This document shows, one piece after another, positions 10,404 through 20,703 of a DNA stretch of 64,000 nucleotides. Each line of letters begins with the position of its first letter. The first letter of the stretch is position 1. The notes beneath the pieces are model-generated. The model saw only the letters and a list, made by a program, of their open reading frames with translations, was not told the DNA's origin and searched no databases. The DNA lies in NCBI GenBank assembly GCA_963669175.1, contig OY769902.1:4416001-4480000 (forward strand), written 5' to 3'. The position numbers and the translations under genes were made by a program. The stretch comes from a bacterium. GTDB taxonomy: Bacteria; Electryoneota; Electryoneia; Electryoneales; Electryoneaceae.

Positions 10404-11897
10404 TTAAATGAAACCCAAACAGGATATCAAGCACCTGGCCTGTACATTGACAAAGTTGTTGTATTTGATAAATTCCTTGATCTGGTTCATGGTCATCCAG
10501 ATATAATTATCCGGAATTTCCAGTTCCTGATCCTGGTCAATCTCAACAATAATATTCCGGTTTTCTTCACGGAAGAAGCGTCCACCTTCCTCTGATTGCA
10601 GTGTATCGTAGCGAATTCGGTCTTTATCTGCCGAAGTGATCTGTTCCAGGAAAGGCGGCCAGAATTCTTTCGGCGCGTCTTTGTAACTGCCGGTTATTGC
10701 CTGAACAGTAGGCGCCATCTCCACAATATCCACGCAACCAGGCTCAACTTTTGCCTGGATCAGAAAATGATAGATACCGTTGATCTTCTTGATCAGCATT
10801 CCAATGATGCCCGGCTCCAATGATTCAACCAGCGGTTGTGTCCAACTTGGCACCTCACGCACCTGCGCTTCAACAGAACAGGCAATCACTTTGAAATACT
10901 TGTCTTCCTCGTGATGAATATCATATTCCGTATGCTCCCAATTGGTCACCTCGTTCAGGGGAATATGGCGCACATCAAGTTCATAACGGAATTTCTGTTC
11001 TGTGAACCAGGCAATGATCTCATCAATGGTGTGCAGACACCTATCGGTATTCAGGGTGCTTTCAAGAAGATCCTGATGGAAATGCGACAGGCTGCTTTTT
11101 TCTTCCTGCAACCAGCTTTCACGTAATGCATTGATTATATAGGCAATCTCTGCACCGGGGAGCGAACGAGTGCCATAATTGAGACCGGACAGGACTGTAC
11201 GCGCATCCATATTGACAATATTATCCTGTCGCATTACCTGGCGAATCTGTCCAAGCGTCAACCATATAAAGTCATCATAAACAGGTATATCATCTTCGAT
11301 ATAGATAATAATATTACGATTACGTTTGCGGAGAAAACGTGCACCCTGTTCTGACTGCAAGACGTCAACGACCTTCTTGGTTCTGACAGGTGGGTCAATG
11401 AAGTACTCCAGGTAAGTAGGCGCTTTTCCCTGGTGAACTCGTGTAAAGTTACTTCGGGTTGCCTGTAATGTTGGTGCAAGTTGTATCATATTGATGTTTC
11501 CGGGTTCCATTTTCGCCTGCATCAGGAAATGCATCACACCATTAATTTTTTTGGTGATGATTCCCAGTATCCCAATCTCCGGTTGATTTATAATCGGTTG
11601 TGTCCAGGTTGACCTGTTTCCATAATTTGTTGTCACATGAATTCCATCAATACTGAAGAATTTCCCGCTGGCATGACACAGATTGCCTGTTTCACTATCA
11701 AAATGCCAGTTGATAAGCTCTGAGAAGGGAATCCGGTTCAGTTTGAAGGTGTGAGCACGTTTCCTGCTTTCAAACCAATCGGGAAATTCCACTGCGCCTG
11801 CCGAAAAGCTTTTGCCCGTGATCTCGGAGATCAATAGTTCGGAGCCAATTTGATTTGGATCGTATAGCGGCTCTTTAATCGTCTGTTTCTCTTCCAC
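10404..11897 (-). CDS. NDP-hexose 2,3-dehydratase (EvaA/OleV/SpnO-like)
   Basis: Two internal repeats, each with W.QP, LxQAKxEPG, APTxQAT/I and QSEx(G)xRF(L/F)RxxNRN motifs. GKFFSIDG and TRSNFTRVH present. Confidence 0.92.
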   Translation of the reverse strand: MEEKQTIKEPLYDPNQIGSELLISEITGKSFSAGAVEFPDWFESRKRAHTFKLNRIPFSELINWHFDSETGNLCHASGKFFSIDGIHVTTNYGNRSTWTQPIINQPEIGILGIITKKINGVMHFLMQAKMEPGNINMIQLAPTLQATRSNFTRVHQGKAPTYLEYFIDPPVRTKKVVDVLQSEQGARFLRKRNRNIIIYIEDDIPVYDDFIWLTLGQIRQVMRQDNIVNMDARTVLSGLNYGTRSLPGAEIAYIINALRESWLQEEKSSLSHFHQDLLESTLNTDRCLHTIDEIIAWFTEQKFRYELDVRHIPLNEVTNWEHTEYDIHHEEDKYFKVIACSVEAQVREVPSWTQPLVESLEPGIIGMLIKKINGIYHFLIQAKVEPGCVDIVEMAPTVQAITGSYKDAPKEFWPPFLEQITSADKDRIRYDTLQSEEGGRFFREENRNIIVEIDQDQELEIPDNYIWMTMNQIKEFIKYNNFVNVQARCLISCLGFI

Positions 11898-11977
11898 AGA
11901 TTTCTTCCTCGTTACTTTGTAACCTTGCAGCAGACTTTGAAAAACAGCATCAATTGGAATCGTACTCCTGCCCCAAC

Positions 11978-12622
11978 TTACTGGCCACGCTTGATTGGTT
12001 TGGCAGGCACACCCACTACCGTCAGGCCGGAATCAATATTGTGAACAACAGCAGCGCCGGCCCCGACTACGCAATCGTTACCTATGGTAATATGGTCACG
12101 TACAGCAGCCCCAATACCAATCCAGCTTCTGGCGCCAATTGTGCAAGATCCCCCGACCCTGGCGCCCGGCGCTATATGACAGGCTTCACCTGCAACACAA
12201 TCATGGTCAACACTTGCACTTGTATTAATAATACAGTAGTCGGAAATCACCGTATCACTATTCACAATAGCCCCGGGCATCACGAGAACGCCAGAACCAA
12301 GCTTCGCAGTGGGTGATATTTGCGTAAATGGATGAATCAATGAGGGAATGTGAAATCCTTTTCTGGTCAGGTTTGCAGCTATCGTCTGCCGGGCCTGATT
12401 GGTCCCAATGGCAATAAATACATCATGCGTATTGCTGGAATAACTAAATAACTCCTGCTCCCCACCCAGAATCTCAATACCGTAAAGAGCGCTGCCCCAA
12501 CGATCTTGATTAACAGTGTCTATCAGGCCAATAATCTCATGCGATTGGTTTTGTTGAACAACATCAATGACCACCTTTGCATGCCCACCGGCCCCGACAA
12601 TCAGAAGTTTCCTTTTCACCAT
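11978..12622 (-). CDS. PglD/NeuD-like sugar acetyltransferase (hexapeptide repeat)
   Basis: GAGGHAKVV, AIGTN, INTSASVDHDC and VVGVPAK. Start could also be the GTG at 12631. Confidence 0.9.
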   Translation of the reverse strand: MVKRKLLIVGAGGHAKVVIDVVQQNQSHEIIGLIDTVNQDRWGSALYGIEILGGEQELFSYSSNTHDVFIAIGTNQARQTIAANLTRKGFHIPSLIHPFTQISPTAKLGSGVLVMPGAIVNSDTVISDYCIINTSASVDHDCVAGEACHIAPGARVGGSCTIGARSWIGIGAAVRDHITIGNDCVVGAGAAVVHNIDSGLTVVGVPAKPIKRGQ

Positions 12623-12667
12623 GAAAATCACCGTTTGGGGTTGAATGAATCTCAGTAATTTAAATAC

Positions 12668-13633
12668 CTAGCCAATAGTCTCATCGTTTTCTTTTATCTT
12701 TACTTCTCTGACAATGAATGTCGTATTTCCAAGCTGCTTTCTGAATGTTCGAATTGTAAATTCACCCTGAATACTGAAAAATACTGCCAGTATCAGTGTT
12801 GAGATGGTAAGCGCATTCAATATCAGGCCATTCGTAACTTCAGGAAGGATTTTAAAATCCCAGACACTGTTAATGATAAGCCTCAAAATGAAAAGATTTG
12901 CAAACAGCAGGCAGGTAATAAATAACTGCTGAAATGGCTTCTCAAGCATCATTATCACATTTTCCATATTGTAATTCCACAACTTGCGAAAAGTCCAACC
13001 AGACTTCCCGTAGCGTCTGGGTGAATGGCTTACGGGAATTTCAATCCTTCGATTGGTATTTCTGATAATATCAGTAGGTCGAAAGGTTTTATGCGCACTC
13101 GGTTCCATTCCCCGAATAAGATAGCCAGCATATAGTTTGAAAGATCCACCAAAATCACGGAAATCACTTTCCGATACCTTCCGCATGATTACATTTGCGA
13201 TTTTTGATGGCAGTTTTCTTGTCCAACTGTCCTTCCTGTTCACACGGTATCCGCTGACAACTTCATACCCCTGATCCCATTTTTCAAGCAATAACGGGAT
13301 TTCCTCCGGATGAAATTGCAAATCACTGTCCATATGGATAATGGCCTTACCTCGCGCATGACAAAGACCTGCCATAACCGCACTCGTTTGGCCAAAATTT
13401 CGTGTCAAATCGATAACGGCATACACATTTGGATCTGATTCGAAAATCTCTTTTAACAGCTCAAAAGTCCGGTCGGTACTGCCATCGTTTACGAAGATCA
13501 TTTCATGAGTTCGCCCTGTTTCGCGAAGCGCCTTCGACAAACGACTATGAAATTCTGTGATGCTGTTCTCTTCAAAATAGCAGGATATCACAGCACTGAT
13601 TTCTGGACGCCAGTTGTCTTGTTCGTTTTCCAC
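12668..13633 (-). CDS. GT2 polyprenyl-phosphate glycosyltransferase (ArnC/GtrB-like)
   Basis: VNDGSTD, RNFGQTSA, MDSDLQ, VVSGYR and RRYGKSGW, with two C-terminal TM helices. GTG at 13633 has GGAGG upstream. Confidence 0.88.
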   Translation of the reverse strand: MENEQDNWRPEISAVISCYFEENSITEFHSRLSKALRETGRTHEMIFVNDGSTDRTFELLKEIFESDPNVYAVIDLTRNFGQTSAVMAGLCHARGKAIIHMDSDLQFHPEEIPLLLEKWDQGYEVVSGYRVNRKDSWTRKLPSKIANVIMRKVSESDFRDFGGSFKLYAGYLIRGMEPSAHKTFRPTDIIRNTNRRIEIPVSHSPRRYGKSGWTFRKLWNYNMENVIMMLEKPFQQLFITCLLFANLFILRLIINSVWDFKILPEVTNGLILNALTISTLILAVFFSIQGEFTIRTFRKQLGNTTFIVREVKIKENDETIG

Positions 13634-14085
13634 TGCGTTGTACCCCTCCAAGCCTTTTAAAAGACATAAGTGTAACACCTGATGGTAAAGCAATGTGTTT
13701 ATTGCAGACGTGATTCGGGTCAAAGCATACAATATAAGAACTACTGTTCAATAACCGTGTCCTGTCTCTCTGCTGAAGATACTAACCGTGAGGCAGGATA
13801 AACATTCTTTTCGATCAAATGAAGTATTTATGTGGTAATCGGAGACTGATGCAGGTAAGCTTCTTCCGGTCGGAAATCGCAGGCGGGCCCGAGTAATAGC
13901 TGACTAATATAAAAGCAGAAAACAGAGACTCTAACACATTGTATTCATTAGGCCATATGCACCATTTTCAGTTATTGGTTCATGATGCTTCATCACTATG
14001 ACAGATTTCCTGGAATGATCCTCAGTGATGGATCTGTATAGAATTCAAGAACAACATCACAGGCAATTGAGCGTACGTCAATCAC

Positions 14086-16341
14086 TCACATGGCCTGGTG
14101 CAGGGTTATCTCGTGTGTTCCTTCTGAAAGCTTTACGCCGATGAAATAGCCATTGGCCAACACGATATCCGTTGTCTCGCCATCAACAACTGCCTGCCAC
14201 TCACCAACATTGCCCTGTGTTACAATCAGGTAGCCCTCATGTGCTGTGACAGCTTTGACGGCAAGACTATTATTTGTATAATCAACAACTTCCACAACAC
14301 ACTGGTTATCACCGACTGGATCAGCTTCGGTAATATCAGGATCACTCAAATAGATGTTTTCGGTCAACTCCTTATATTCTGCGTCACCAAGCAGAGTATA
14401 AATATCCTCTTCTTTAGATACATTCTTTACTCCCGTTACAAAGTATGCACGGGGAAAATATTTTACAGATTCATATACATATATTCCATCAGAACTATCT
14501 GAATAACTATAACAGGTTGAATTTAACGGTACTGTCGTGAACACATAACGTACTCCCAGCATGGCAAGTACTTCTGTATCATAATAAGTATCAAATGCCA
14601 GTGTATCAACAAGATCATTTTTGCTATCATGTGGATTATACAGATAAAGACGCTGTCCATATTCACGATAATAGTCTGCCAGCTCTTTATTTCCCTTTAA
14701 AGCATTTCGTATCACCTGCCCCCATATTTCATGATATTTTTTCGGATATAAATTCATATAGGCATCTGCAGTTTCCAGCCCATAGTAGATTGGATAGCCA
14801 GGATGCAGAGATACATTTTTCCTGTTTGCTACAGATACAACCCGGAAAAGATTTTCTTTCGAGAATTCCTCTCGCGCATCCCAGTATACTCTATTGTCGA
14901 AGTATCTGCTGAAACGCTCTTCACCAGCTAAAGCATCAGAGGAGTTTATGACGATCCGTTTCACCCCCATGCTGAGCGGTATCATCAGAAACAACACCAG
15001 CAGCACCCCACTATACAGCAGCATATTCCTCTTTATAGTCAGCATATAGACACAATACAATGAGGTTATTACTAAAAGAACCAGTACAGCGCCCATGGCA
15101 AAAATCTTCGAGGACAGCAATCCAGAGCTACCTGATTCGATTTGCAGAACCCGCATTACACCATAGAATGATACAAAACTGAATAATATGAGCAACATAT
15201 TGACGAATAAAAGCATCAAAGTTGTAATACTAATCAGTTTTAATGGCGACTTCATAGTCCTTAGTATTATCAATAACCTGTCAGCAGCCACTGCAACAGC
15301 GGCGGCTGACCAGAATGACACAAAAAAGTAGAATCTACTCAATTGATAACCACTTGCTATTAAATCTGCAAAGGTGGATAGTTCAACAAGAAAAGTAAAA
15401 GTTATATAACCAATATAAATAAATAAGTGTTTTTTATTTTTCCACGGCCTGGTAAGTAGTCCCAGAATAATAAGAAATAAGCTGTACACCAGCAGCATAT
15501 CAGCCCGAAAATAGTGCCATAGATGATTTATTATCTTGGCAATCATTGTCCCAATTGTGCTAGTATGTTCTACAGTAGCTGTTCTGTAAGATATTCCTGA
15601 TAGTGCCGTTGTGCTTGGAAGAAATGGGATTGTAACGATTAATACTCCAATACCAACGTAAACAAGCGAAAGTATAGCAGGGAGAAAAGGTTTTCTCTCA
15701 ATAAGCACAATCCAGAATAGTACTACAATGAACATTTGCGGCAGATAGATAACAGATCCAAAGAATGCGAGATAAACTCCCATTGAAATACAAATAAGCA
15801 TGTATAGTATATAGTTTTTCAACTTTGTCACCCACAACAATGCCAGAATAAACAACGGCAAGGATGGCGTAGAAAGAAGATGATAAATGACATATTCTTG
15901 AGGGTTGGCATTTAGTGAGAACATCATACCTGCCGCAAAAGCCACATACATGTTAATATTTACTCGTTTATATAACAGGAGAAAAGTAAAAAATGTTGCA
16001 ATAAAGCGTTGCAGAATCATGAGGATAATATTGGCGACAAAGGGACTACCAAGCAGATATGTTAATGATGCAAAGCCATTAAAATGCCCATTGTAGGAGA
16101 AAGAGCTTGGGAGACCAAGTAGAAAACCATTGTACCAGTTTTCTGTAAACGCACCGTTAATATTATGGACATAGTAACCGATTTTGGGGAGGTTTGCATC
16201 CCCGTTATCATGTATCATAATGTAGCTGTCGGTACCAAAAATATAGAAATAGGATGTTATCAGAAGAGTCCAGACAATAGAAGCTACCAGTATTGCTCGA
16301 ATGTTTCGATTATCAGTCTTATTTGTCTCCAAAGGAATCAT
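14086..16341 (-). CDS. Polytopic membrane protein, YfhO/DUF6044-like (probable GT-C fold glycosyltransferase)
   Basis: Acidic first external loop IHDNGD, more than 10 TM helices, then FRV, GLETADAYMNLYP, MLGVRY, FPRAY and W.A.VDG...GVKLSEG.H.I YfhO-like C-terminus. Visibly AT-rich. Confidence 0.7.
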   Translation of the reverse strand: MIPLETNKTDNRNIRAILVASIVWTLLITSYFYIFGTDSYIMIHDNGDANLPKIGYYVHNINGAFTENWYNGFLLGLPSSFSYNGHFNGFASLTYLLGSPFVANIILMILQRFIATFFTFLLLYKRVNINMYVAFAAGMMFSLNANPQEYVIYHLLSTPSLPLFILALLWVTKLKNYILYMLICISMGVYLAFFGSVIYLPQMFIVVLFWIVLIERKPFLPAILSLVYVGIGVLIVTIPFLPSTTALSGISYRTATVEHTSTIGTMIAKIINHLWHYFRADMLLVYSLFLIILGLLTRPWKNKKHLFIYIGYITFTFLVELSTFADLIASGYQLSRFYFFVSFWSAAAVAVAADRLLIILRTMKSPLKLISITTLMLLFVNMLLILFSFVSFYGVMRVLQIESGSSGLLSSKIFAMGAVLVLLVITSLYCVYMLTIKRNMLLYSGVLLVLFLMIPLSMGVKRIVINSSDALAGEERFSRYFDNRVYWDAREEFSKENLFRVVSVANRKNVSLHPGYPIYYGLETADAYMNLYPKKYHEIWGQVIRNALKGNKELADYYREYGQRLYLYNPHDSKNDLVDTLAFDTYYDTEVLAMLGVRYVFTTVPLNSTCYSYSDSSDGIYVYESVKYFPRAYFVTGVKNVSKEEDIYTLLGDAEYKELTENIYLSDPDITEADPVGDNQCVVEVVDYTNNSLAVKAVTAHEGYLIVTQGNVGEWQAVVDGETTDIVLANGYFIGVKLSEGTHEITLHQAM

Positions 16342-16343
16342 TA

Positions 16344-17510
16344 TTATTCCCCTGTTTTATTATCGAGAATTTCTTTCAAACCTTCACATACGGTATTGAT
16401 ATCCTCATCCGTCATTGTATGGAACAGCGGCAATATGATAGCCTCCTGCTGCGCCTTTTCACTTTGTGCAAGAGAAGTCACCAATGTGCCCCCGTACGCT
16501 GCTTCCAGGTGTGCATTCATGATGCCGCGTCTTGAAGCAATACCGCGCTCCAGCAGCGCCTGCATGACATCGACCTGATTGAAGCCAGGCGCCAGGCGAA
16601 CACAGTAGCTTTGAAAATTGGAACGTGTATACTCTGAGTCACCTGGCAGCGTTAAAGCGTCAATGCCGGAAAGCATCTCAGTATACCGTTGCGCGAGTTC
16701 TCTGCGCCGCAGCAGAATGTCATCAAGACGCTGTAATTGAACACGACCGACAGCAGCTTGGATATCGGTCATGCGATAGTTGTAGCCCACCTCGTTATAC
16801 TCTTCAAAAATGATCTTTTTCGAAGTATGCCTGACAGTATCCGGCACACTCATGGCATGTTGACGCCATAGCTTGAACTTCTCGTCATACTCGGGATTAT
16901 TCGTGGTCAACATCCCACCGTCACCCGTCGTCAACACTTTGCGAGGGTGAAATGAGAATGCTGCGATATCGCCATGAGGTTTGCCAATCTTTTCCCAGTT
17001 TTCCCCGATTTTTATTTCACTCCCGATCGCACAGGCAGCATCTTCCACAACCGGAAGGTTATGCTTATGCGCAATCGTCAGGATACGTTCCATGTCACAG
17101 GGCATACCCATCTGGTGGACACAGAGAATAGCGCGTGTGCGATCAGTAATGGCCGGTTCAATGAGCTCCGGATCCATATCGTACGTTTGCGGATCGATAT
17201 CAATGAAATGCGGAGTAGCGCCACAATAGCGTACGGAATTCGCGGTAGCTATGTAGGAATGACTCACCGTGATAACTTCATCGCCTTCACCAACACCGAT
17301 TGCTTTCAAGGCCAGATGAAGGGCCGTGGTGCAGTTTGACGTAGCGCTCGCATATTTCGAACCGACGTATGCGGCAAACTCTTCCTCAAACGCCTTCACT
17401 TCCGGTCCCTGGGTAACCCAACCGGAGAGCAGAACTTTCGCGACAGCGTCAACTTCACGCTGGTCCAGTACAGGCTTAATAATGGGTATCACTCTTGTAT
17501 GTCCCTTCAA
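16344..17510 (-). CDS. DegT/DnrJ/EryC1/StrS sugar aminotransferase (ArnB/PerA-like)
   Basis: SGWVTQGP, NCTTALHLAL, EDAACAIG, SFHPRKVLTTGDGG and GYNYRMTD. Confidence 0.9.
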   Translation of the reverse strand: MKGHTRVIPIIKPVLDQREVDAVAKVLLSGWVTQGPEVKAFEEEFAAYVGSKYASATSNCTTALHLALKAIGVGEGDEVITVSHSYIATANSVRYCGATPHFIDIDPQTYDMDPELIEPAITDRTRAILCVHQMGMPCDMERILTIAHKHNLPVVEDAACAIGSEIKIGENWEKIGKPHGDIAAFSFHPRKVLTTGDGGMLTTNNPEYDEKFKLWRQHAMSVPDTVRHTSKKIIFEEYNEVGYNYRMTDIQAAVGRVQLQRLDDILLRRRELAQRYTEMLSGIDALTLPGDSEYTRSNFQSYCVRLAPGFNQVDVMQALLERGIASRRGIMNAHLEAAYGGTLVTSLAQSEKAQQEAIILPLFHTMTDEDINTVCEGLKEILDNKTGE

Positions 17511-17537
17511 CTCAACGAAACATGTTTCTGTACAAAA

Positions 17538-18545
17538 TCAGTTCTTTACTTCCCAGTTCCGAACACTTTCATCACGAAGCAGATTGGCAGGCACTTCTCC
17601 CTGTTCTTCATACCACGCTAACAACCTGCGCAATCCCTCTTCCAGGGATACTTCCGGCTGGAATCCCAACAGTTGTTCCGCTTTTGACGAATCAGCAAAC
17701 AAACGAAGAACATCGCCCGGACGGCTTTCCACATGTTCAACCGTAGCTGTTTCAATGCCCGTAACTTTTCGAACAAGATTCGCCAGATCATTAATTTTTA
17801 TTTCTTCCCCCTGCCCAAGATTTACAATTTCGCCAAGTGCCTTTTCGGCGAAACCTGCTTTCAGAATTCCACGAGCCGTATCTTCGACAAAAGTGAAGTC
17901 ACGAGTTTGTTCACCATCCCCGAATACCATCATGGGTTTTCCTGCGAGGGTTCGTAACAGGAATTTCGGGATGACTTCTCCACTGTCCCCCTCATGGTGG
18001 CTGCGAGGACCGAAACTGTTGAACGGACGTACCACTACCGTAGGATAGTTGTACGTTTTCCAATAGGCGCGCGTATAACAATCGCCGGCAAGCTTTGATG
18101 AGCCGTAAACCGTATGCGGAAAAGCCGGTACACTTTCATCCATTGGTACACGAACGGCAGTGCCATATACTTCGGAGCTTGAGACGTAAACAAACCGTCC
18201 AACTCCCAGTTCACGTGATAAACGCAATAAATCAAGCGTACCTGTAGCATTGACATCATGATTTTCACGTGGCGAATGAATGCTGTGACGTACCCCCAGG
18301 CAAGCCAGGTGATAAACAACATCAACATCTTTCAGAAGCTGTGTCATCAGCGGAATGTCACGAATATCGGCTTCATTGAACTGTACACGTGATGACAGAA
18401 CGTCCTCAACATTCTTTCTTTTTCCGTTCACCAGGTTATCAACAATAATAACCTCATCGAATTGCTGCGATGCTTGACGCACAAGTTCTGAACCGATAAA
18501 ACCAGCGCCGCCGGTAATAAATGCACGTTTATGCTGCATCTTCAC
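17538..18545 (-). CDS. NAD-dependent nucleotide-sugar epimerase/dehydratase/decarboxylase (extended SDR)
   Basis: TGGAGFIG, SSSEVYG, YGSSK, RPFNSFGP and GDGEQTRDF. Lacks the RmlB TDE motif, so the exact reaction is uncertain. Confidence 0.85.
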   Translation of the reverse strand: MKMQHKRAFITGGAGFIGSELVRQASQQFDEVIIVDNLVNGKRKNVEDVLSSRVQFNEADIRDIPLMTQLLKDVDVVYHLACLGVRHSIHSPRENHDVNATGTLDLLRLSRELGVGRFVYVSSSEVYGTAVRVPMDESVPAFPHTVYGSSKLAGDCYTRAYWKTYNYPTVVVRPFNSFGPRSHHEGDSGEVIPKFLLRTLAGKPMMVFGDGEQTRDFTFVEDTARGILKAGFAEKALGEIVNLGQGEEIKINDLANLVRKVTGIETATVEHVESRPGDVLRLFADSSKAEQLLGFQPEVSLEEGLRRLLAWYEEQGEVPANLLRDESVRNWEVKN

Positions 18546-18678
18546 TATGAAACCCCTTAAAACAGTAGATCATCAAAGATAACTTACAGGTGAAAAAGGA
18601 TAACGCCGACAGTAATAAGATATCTACCCTTTAACGACATGGAATAACCTTCTTGTTTGAAAAAGAATAATCAAAGCA

Positions 18679-19014
18679 CTATGCGAACAACCACACGCCT
18701 GTAACAATCAACAGCATTCCCAGGAGTTGCTTGATTTGCAGCTTTTCATGCAAAAATATATATGCGGCCAGCGGAACTGTAATGTATTGAATTCCTGTAA
18801 AAGAAAAAACAAAAGCGAGTTCATAATGATCTAAAGCCAGGTTGACAAAAAACGGTACGATAGCGATGCTGGCAAAACTGGCAAACAGATAAGGGTTTTT
18901 TACAATTGTCCAGGGCTTGCTCATAACCAGCCCCCCGCTCGCCTGTTTGGCAAATATCTGCCCGGTCGTTGTCAGTGTGACCATGATGACTAAATATAGA
19001 ATTCCCATATTCAA
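18679..19014 (-). CDS. SMR/EamA small membrane transporter (ArnE/ArnF-like flippase subunit)
   Basis: ~110 aa, four TM helices, GQIFAK and FLHEKL..QLLGMLLIVTGV. Confidence 0.75.
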   Translation of the reverse strand: MNMGILYLVIMVTLTTTGQIFAKQASGGLVMSKPWTIVKNPYLFASFASIAIVPFFVNLALDHYELAFVFSFTGIQYITVPLAAYIFLHEKLQIKQLLGMLLIVTGVWLFA

Positions 19015-19376
19015 CGCCTGCCAACGAAGAGAATACCGCTCACGATAAACAAGGTACCCAGTACCCTGTTCAGCGTGATCGCTTCATCGAACATGAAATA
19101 AGACACAAGGAGAATGAGGGGATATGAAAGACTCATGAAAGGATATGCAACGGATAACGGAACAACTTTTAGCGACATGATCCAGATGAATCCACGAACT
19201 AAAAGTACAGCATAGGCAAGAATAAAAAGAGGATTTAAGAAACGATCAATAGAGAATCCATCAAAACTATTTGCAATAATTTTGTTCAATATATTCCCTA
19301 AAACAAGGAAGAGTATCGTGATGACAACTCCTCCCCATCCCAGCCAGAATTTCTTATCCAACCTATGGTCAGCCAT
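19011..19376 (-). CDS. SMR/EamA small membrane transporter (ArnE/ArnF-like flippase subunit)
   Basis: Four TM helices, PLSVAYPFMSLSY and FDEAITLNRVLGTLFIVSGI. Overlaps the partner gene by 4 bp. Start may be 19430. Confidence 0.78.
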   Translation of the reverse strand: MADHRLDKKFWLGWGGVVITILFLVLGNILNKIIANSFDGFSIDRFLNPLFILAYAVLLVRGFIWIMSLKVVPLSVAYPFMSLSYPLILLVSYFMFDEAITLNRVLGTLFIVSGILFVGRR

Positions 19377-19563
19377 AACCTGCGATACCCAGTTTGCTAT
19401 CACCAAGCAAATCACTGCTTGATAGTGCATTACCGTAACAAACAGTTCATTGACAACTTGTATAATAGTATCAAATACTTTACTTTGGAATTAACAACAA
19501 CAATCCCAATATTTACTGATAATAACCATCAACATATCACTTGTTATACAGGAAAGAATATCA

Positions 19564-20661
19564 TTAATCTTCTATCTTAACACAAGAATTCATATTTAAT
19601 TTGTGTTCCTCTTTAACATGGGACAACAAGGGTTCCAACATGTCATATTCGTGTTTACTTATTATTATTGATGGCTTGTCGGATCTGGACTCTATCATAT
19701 ATTCCAGTGATTTTCTACTGTATTCAAAAATGCGCCACAGGTATTCGCCCAATATCCCGAGCAACAACATGGTTACAGAAATTCCCATCGATGTAACAAA
19801 CATGCTTGAGGCCCAGCCTTCTTGCGGTTGTCCAACCCACATTTTATAGACAAAAACATAAAATGCATAACATGCGCTGACAAGTGATATAGAAAATCCA
19901 AGACCCGTCACAAAACGAATTGGCAAATTGGTAAAGTACATCAGAGTGTTTTTCATATGTTGAACCTTCTTTTTGAAGGTCCAACTACTTGTTCCGGCAA
20001 TGCGCTGGCGTTTTTCAAAGAGCAAGTCAATCTGACGGAACCCTAATGACCTGAGAAATAGCGTAATCGCAACTTTGCGAATGGATGATTCCCTGAGAAC
20101 ATTGACCACGTTCCCATCTACCAGAAAAGCATCGGCGCCGGCAGCGGGTTGATTCTTTAACCCGGGAAGCCGTCGGACCAGCGCATACCAGAGTCGGCCA
20201 TATATGCTTGGCATATAGCCACTCTTTGACTCCTGATGCCTTGCCAGCCAAACAATCTGATAACCTTCCAGCCAGTACCCAAGCATCCTCAGCAATTCAC
20301 CAGGCGGATCCTGTCCATCGGATGCAAGAACAGCAGCGCAACGTCCTGTAGATTGCTGTAAACCCGCTGCAATAGCAACATGCGACCCCTCATTTCGGGC
20401 AAAACGAATGTAGCGTACCCGGGGGTCCTTTTGAGACAGATCTTCTAAAATCTGGGTTGAACTATCGATGGAATGATCATCAACTGCAATCCATTCCCAA
20501 TCAATATCACCGCCAATCTGATCAAAAGTTACGCAGATCTCCTCATACGTCCTTTGAAGGTTCAACTCTTCATTGTAAACTGGTGACACGATTGATATCA
20601 AAGGTTTTGTATCACGCGTAATACTGCTTTCTGAAACCTTTTTAGCGCTACAATCGTCCAC
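19564..20661 (-). CDS. GT2 polyprenyl-phosphate glycosyltransferase (GtrB/YkoT-like)
   Basis: SIVSPVYNEE, VDDHSID, RFARNEG, ASDGQDPP and R.AGTSSWT, with two C-terminal TMs and LGILGEYLWRIF. Confidence 0.88.
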   Translation of the reverse strand: MDDCSAKKVSESSITRDTKPLISIVSPVYNEELNLQRTYEEICVTFDQIGGDIDWEWIAVDDHSIDSSTQILEDLSQKDPRVRYIRFARNEGSHVAIAAGLQQSTGRCAAVLASDGQDPPGELLRMLGYWLEGYQIVWLARHQESKSGYMPSIYGRLWYALVRRLPGLKNQPAAGADAFLVDGNVVNVLRESSIRKVAITLFLRSLGFRQIDLLFEKRQRIAGTSSWTFKKKVQHMKNTLMYFTNLPIRFVTGLGFSISLVSACYAFYVFVYKMWVGQPQEGWASSMFVTSMGISVTMLLLGILGEYLWRIFEYSRKSLEYMIESRSDKPSIIISKHEYDMLEPLLSHVKEEHKLNMNSCVKIED

Positions 20662-20703
20662 TTAACACCTCAACATGAGTTTGCCCCAACACATACGAAT
20701 AGA

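Noticed and set aside
13634-14085. ncRNA or small gene in the ~450-bp gap within the sugar cluster
   Set aside because: No convincing ORF, ops/JUMPstart element or recognisable RNA motif.
17538-18545. Calling this gene rmlB/rfbB
   Set aside because: It lacks the STDEVY catalytic motif and the HVDRS signature, so it is left as a generic extended SDR.
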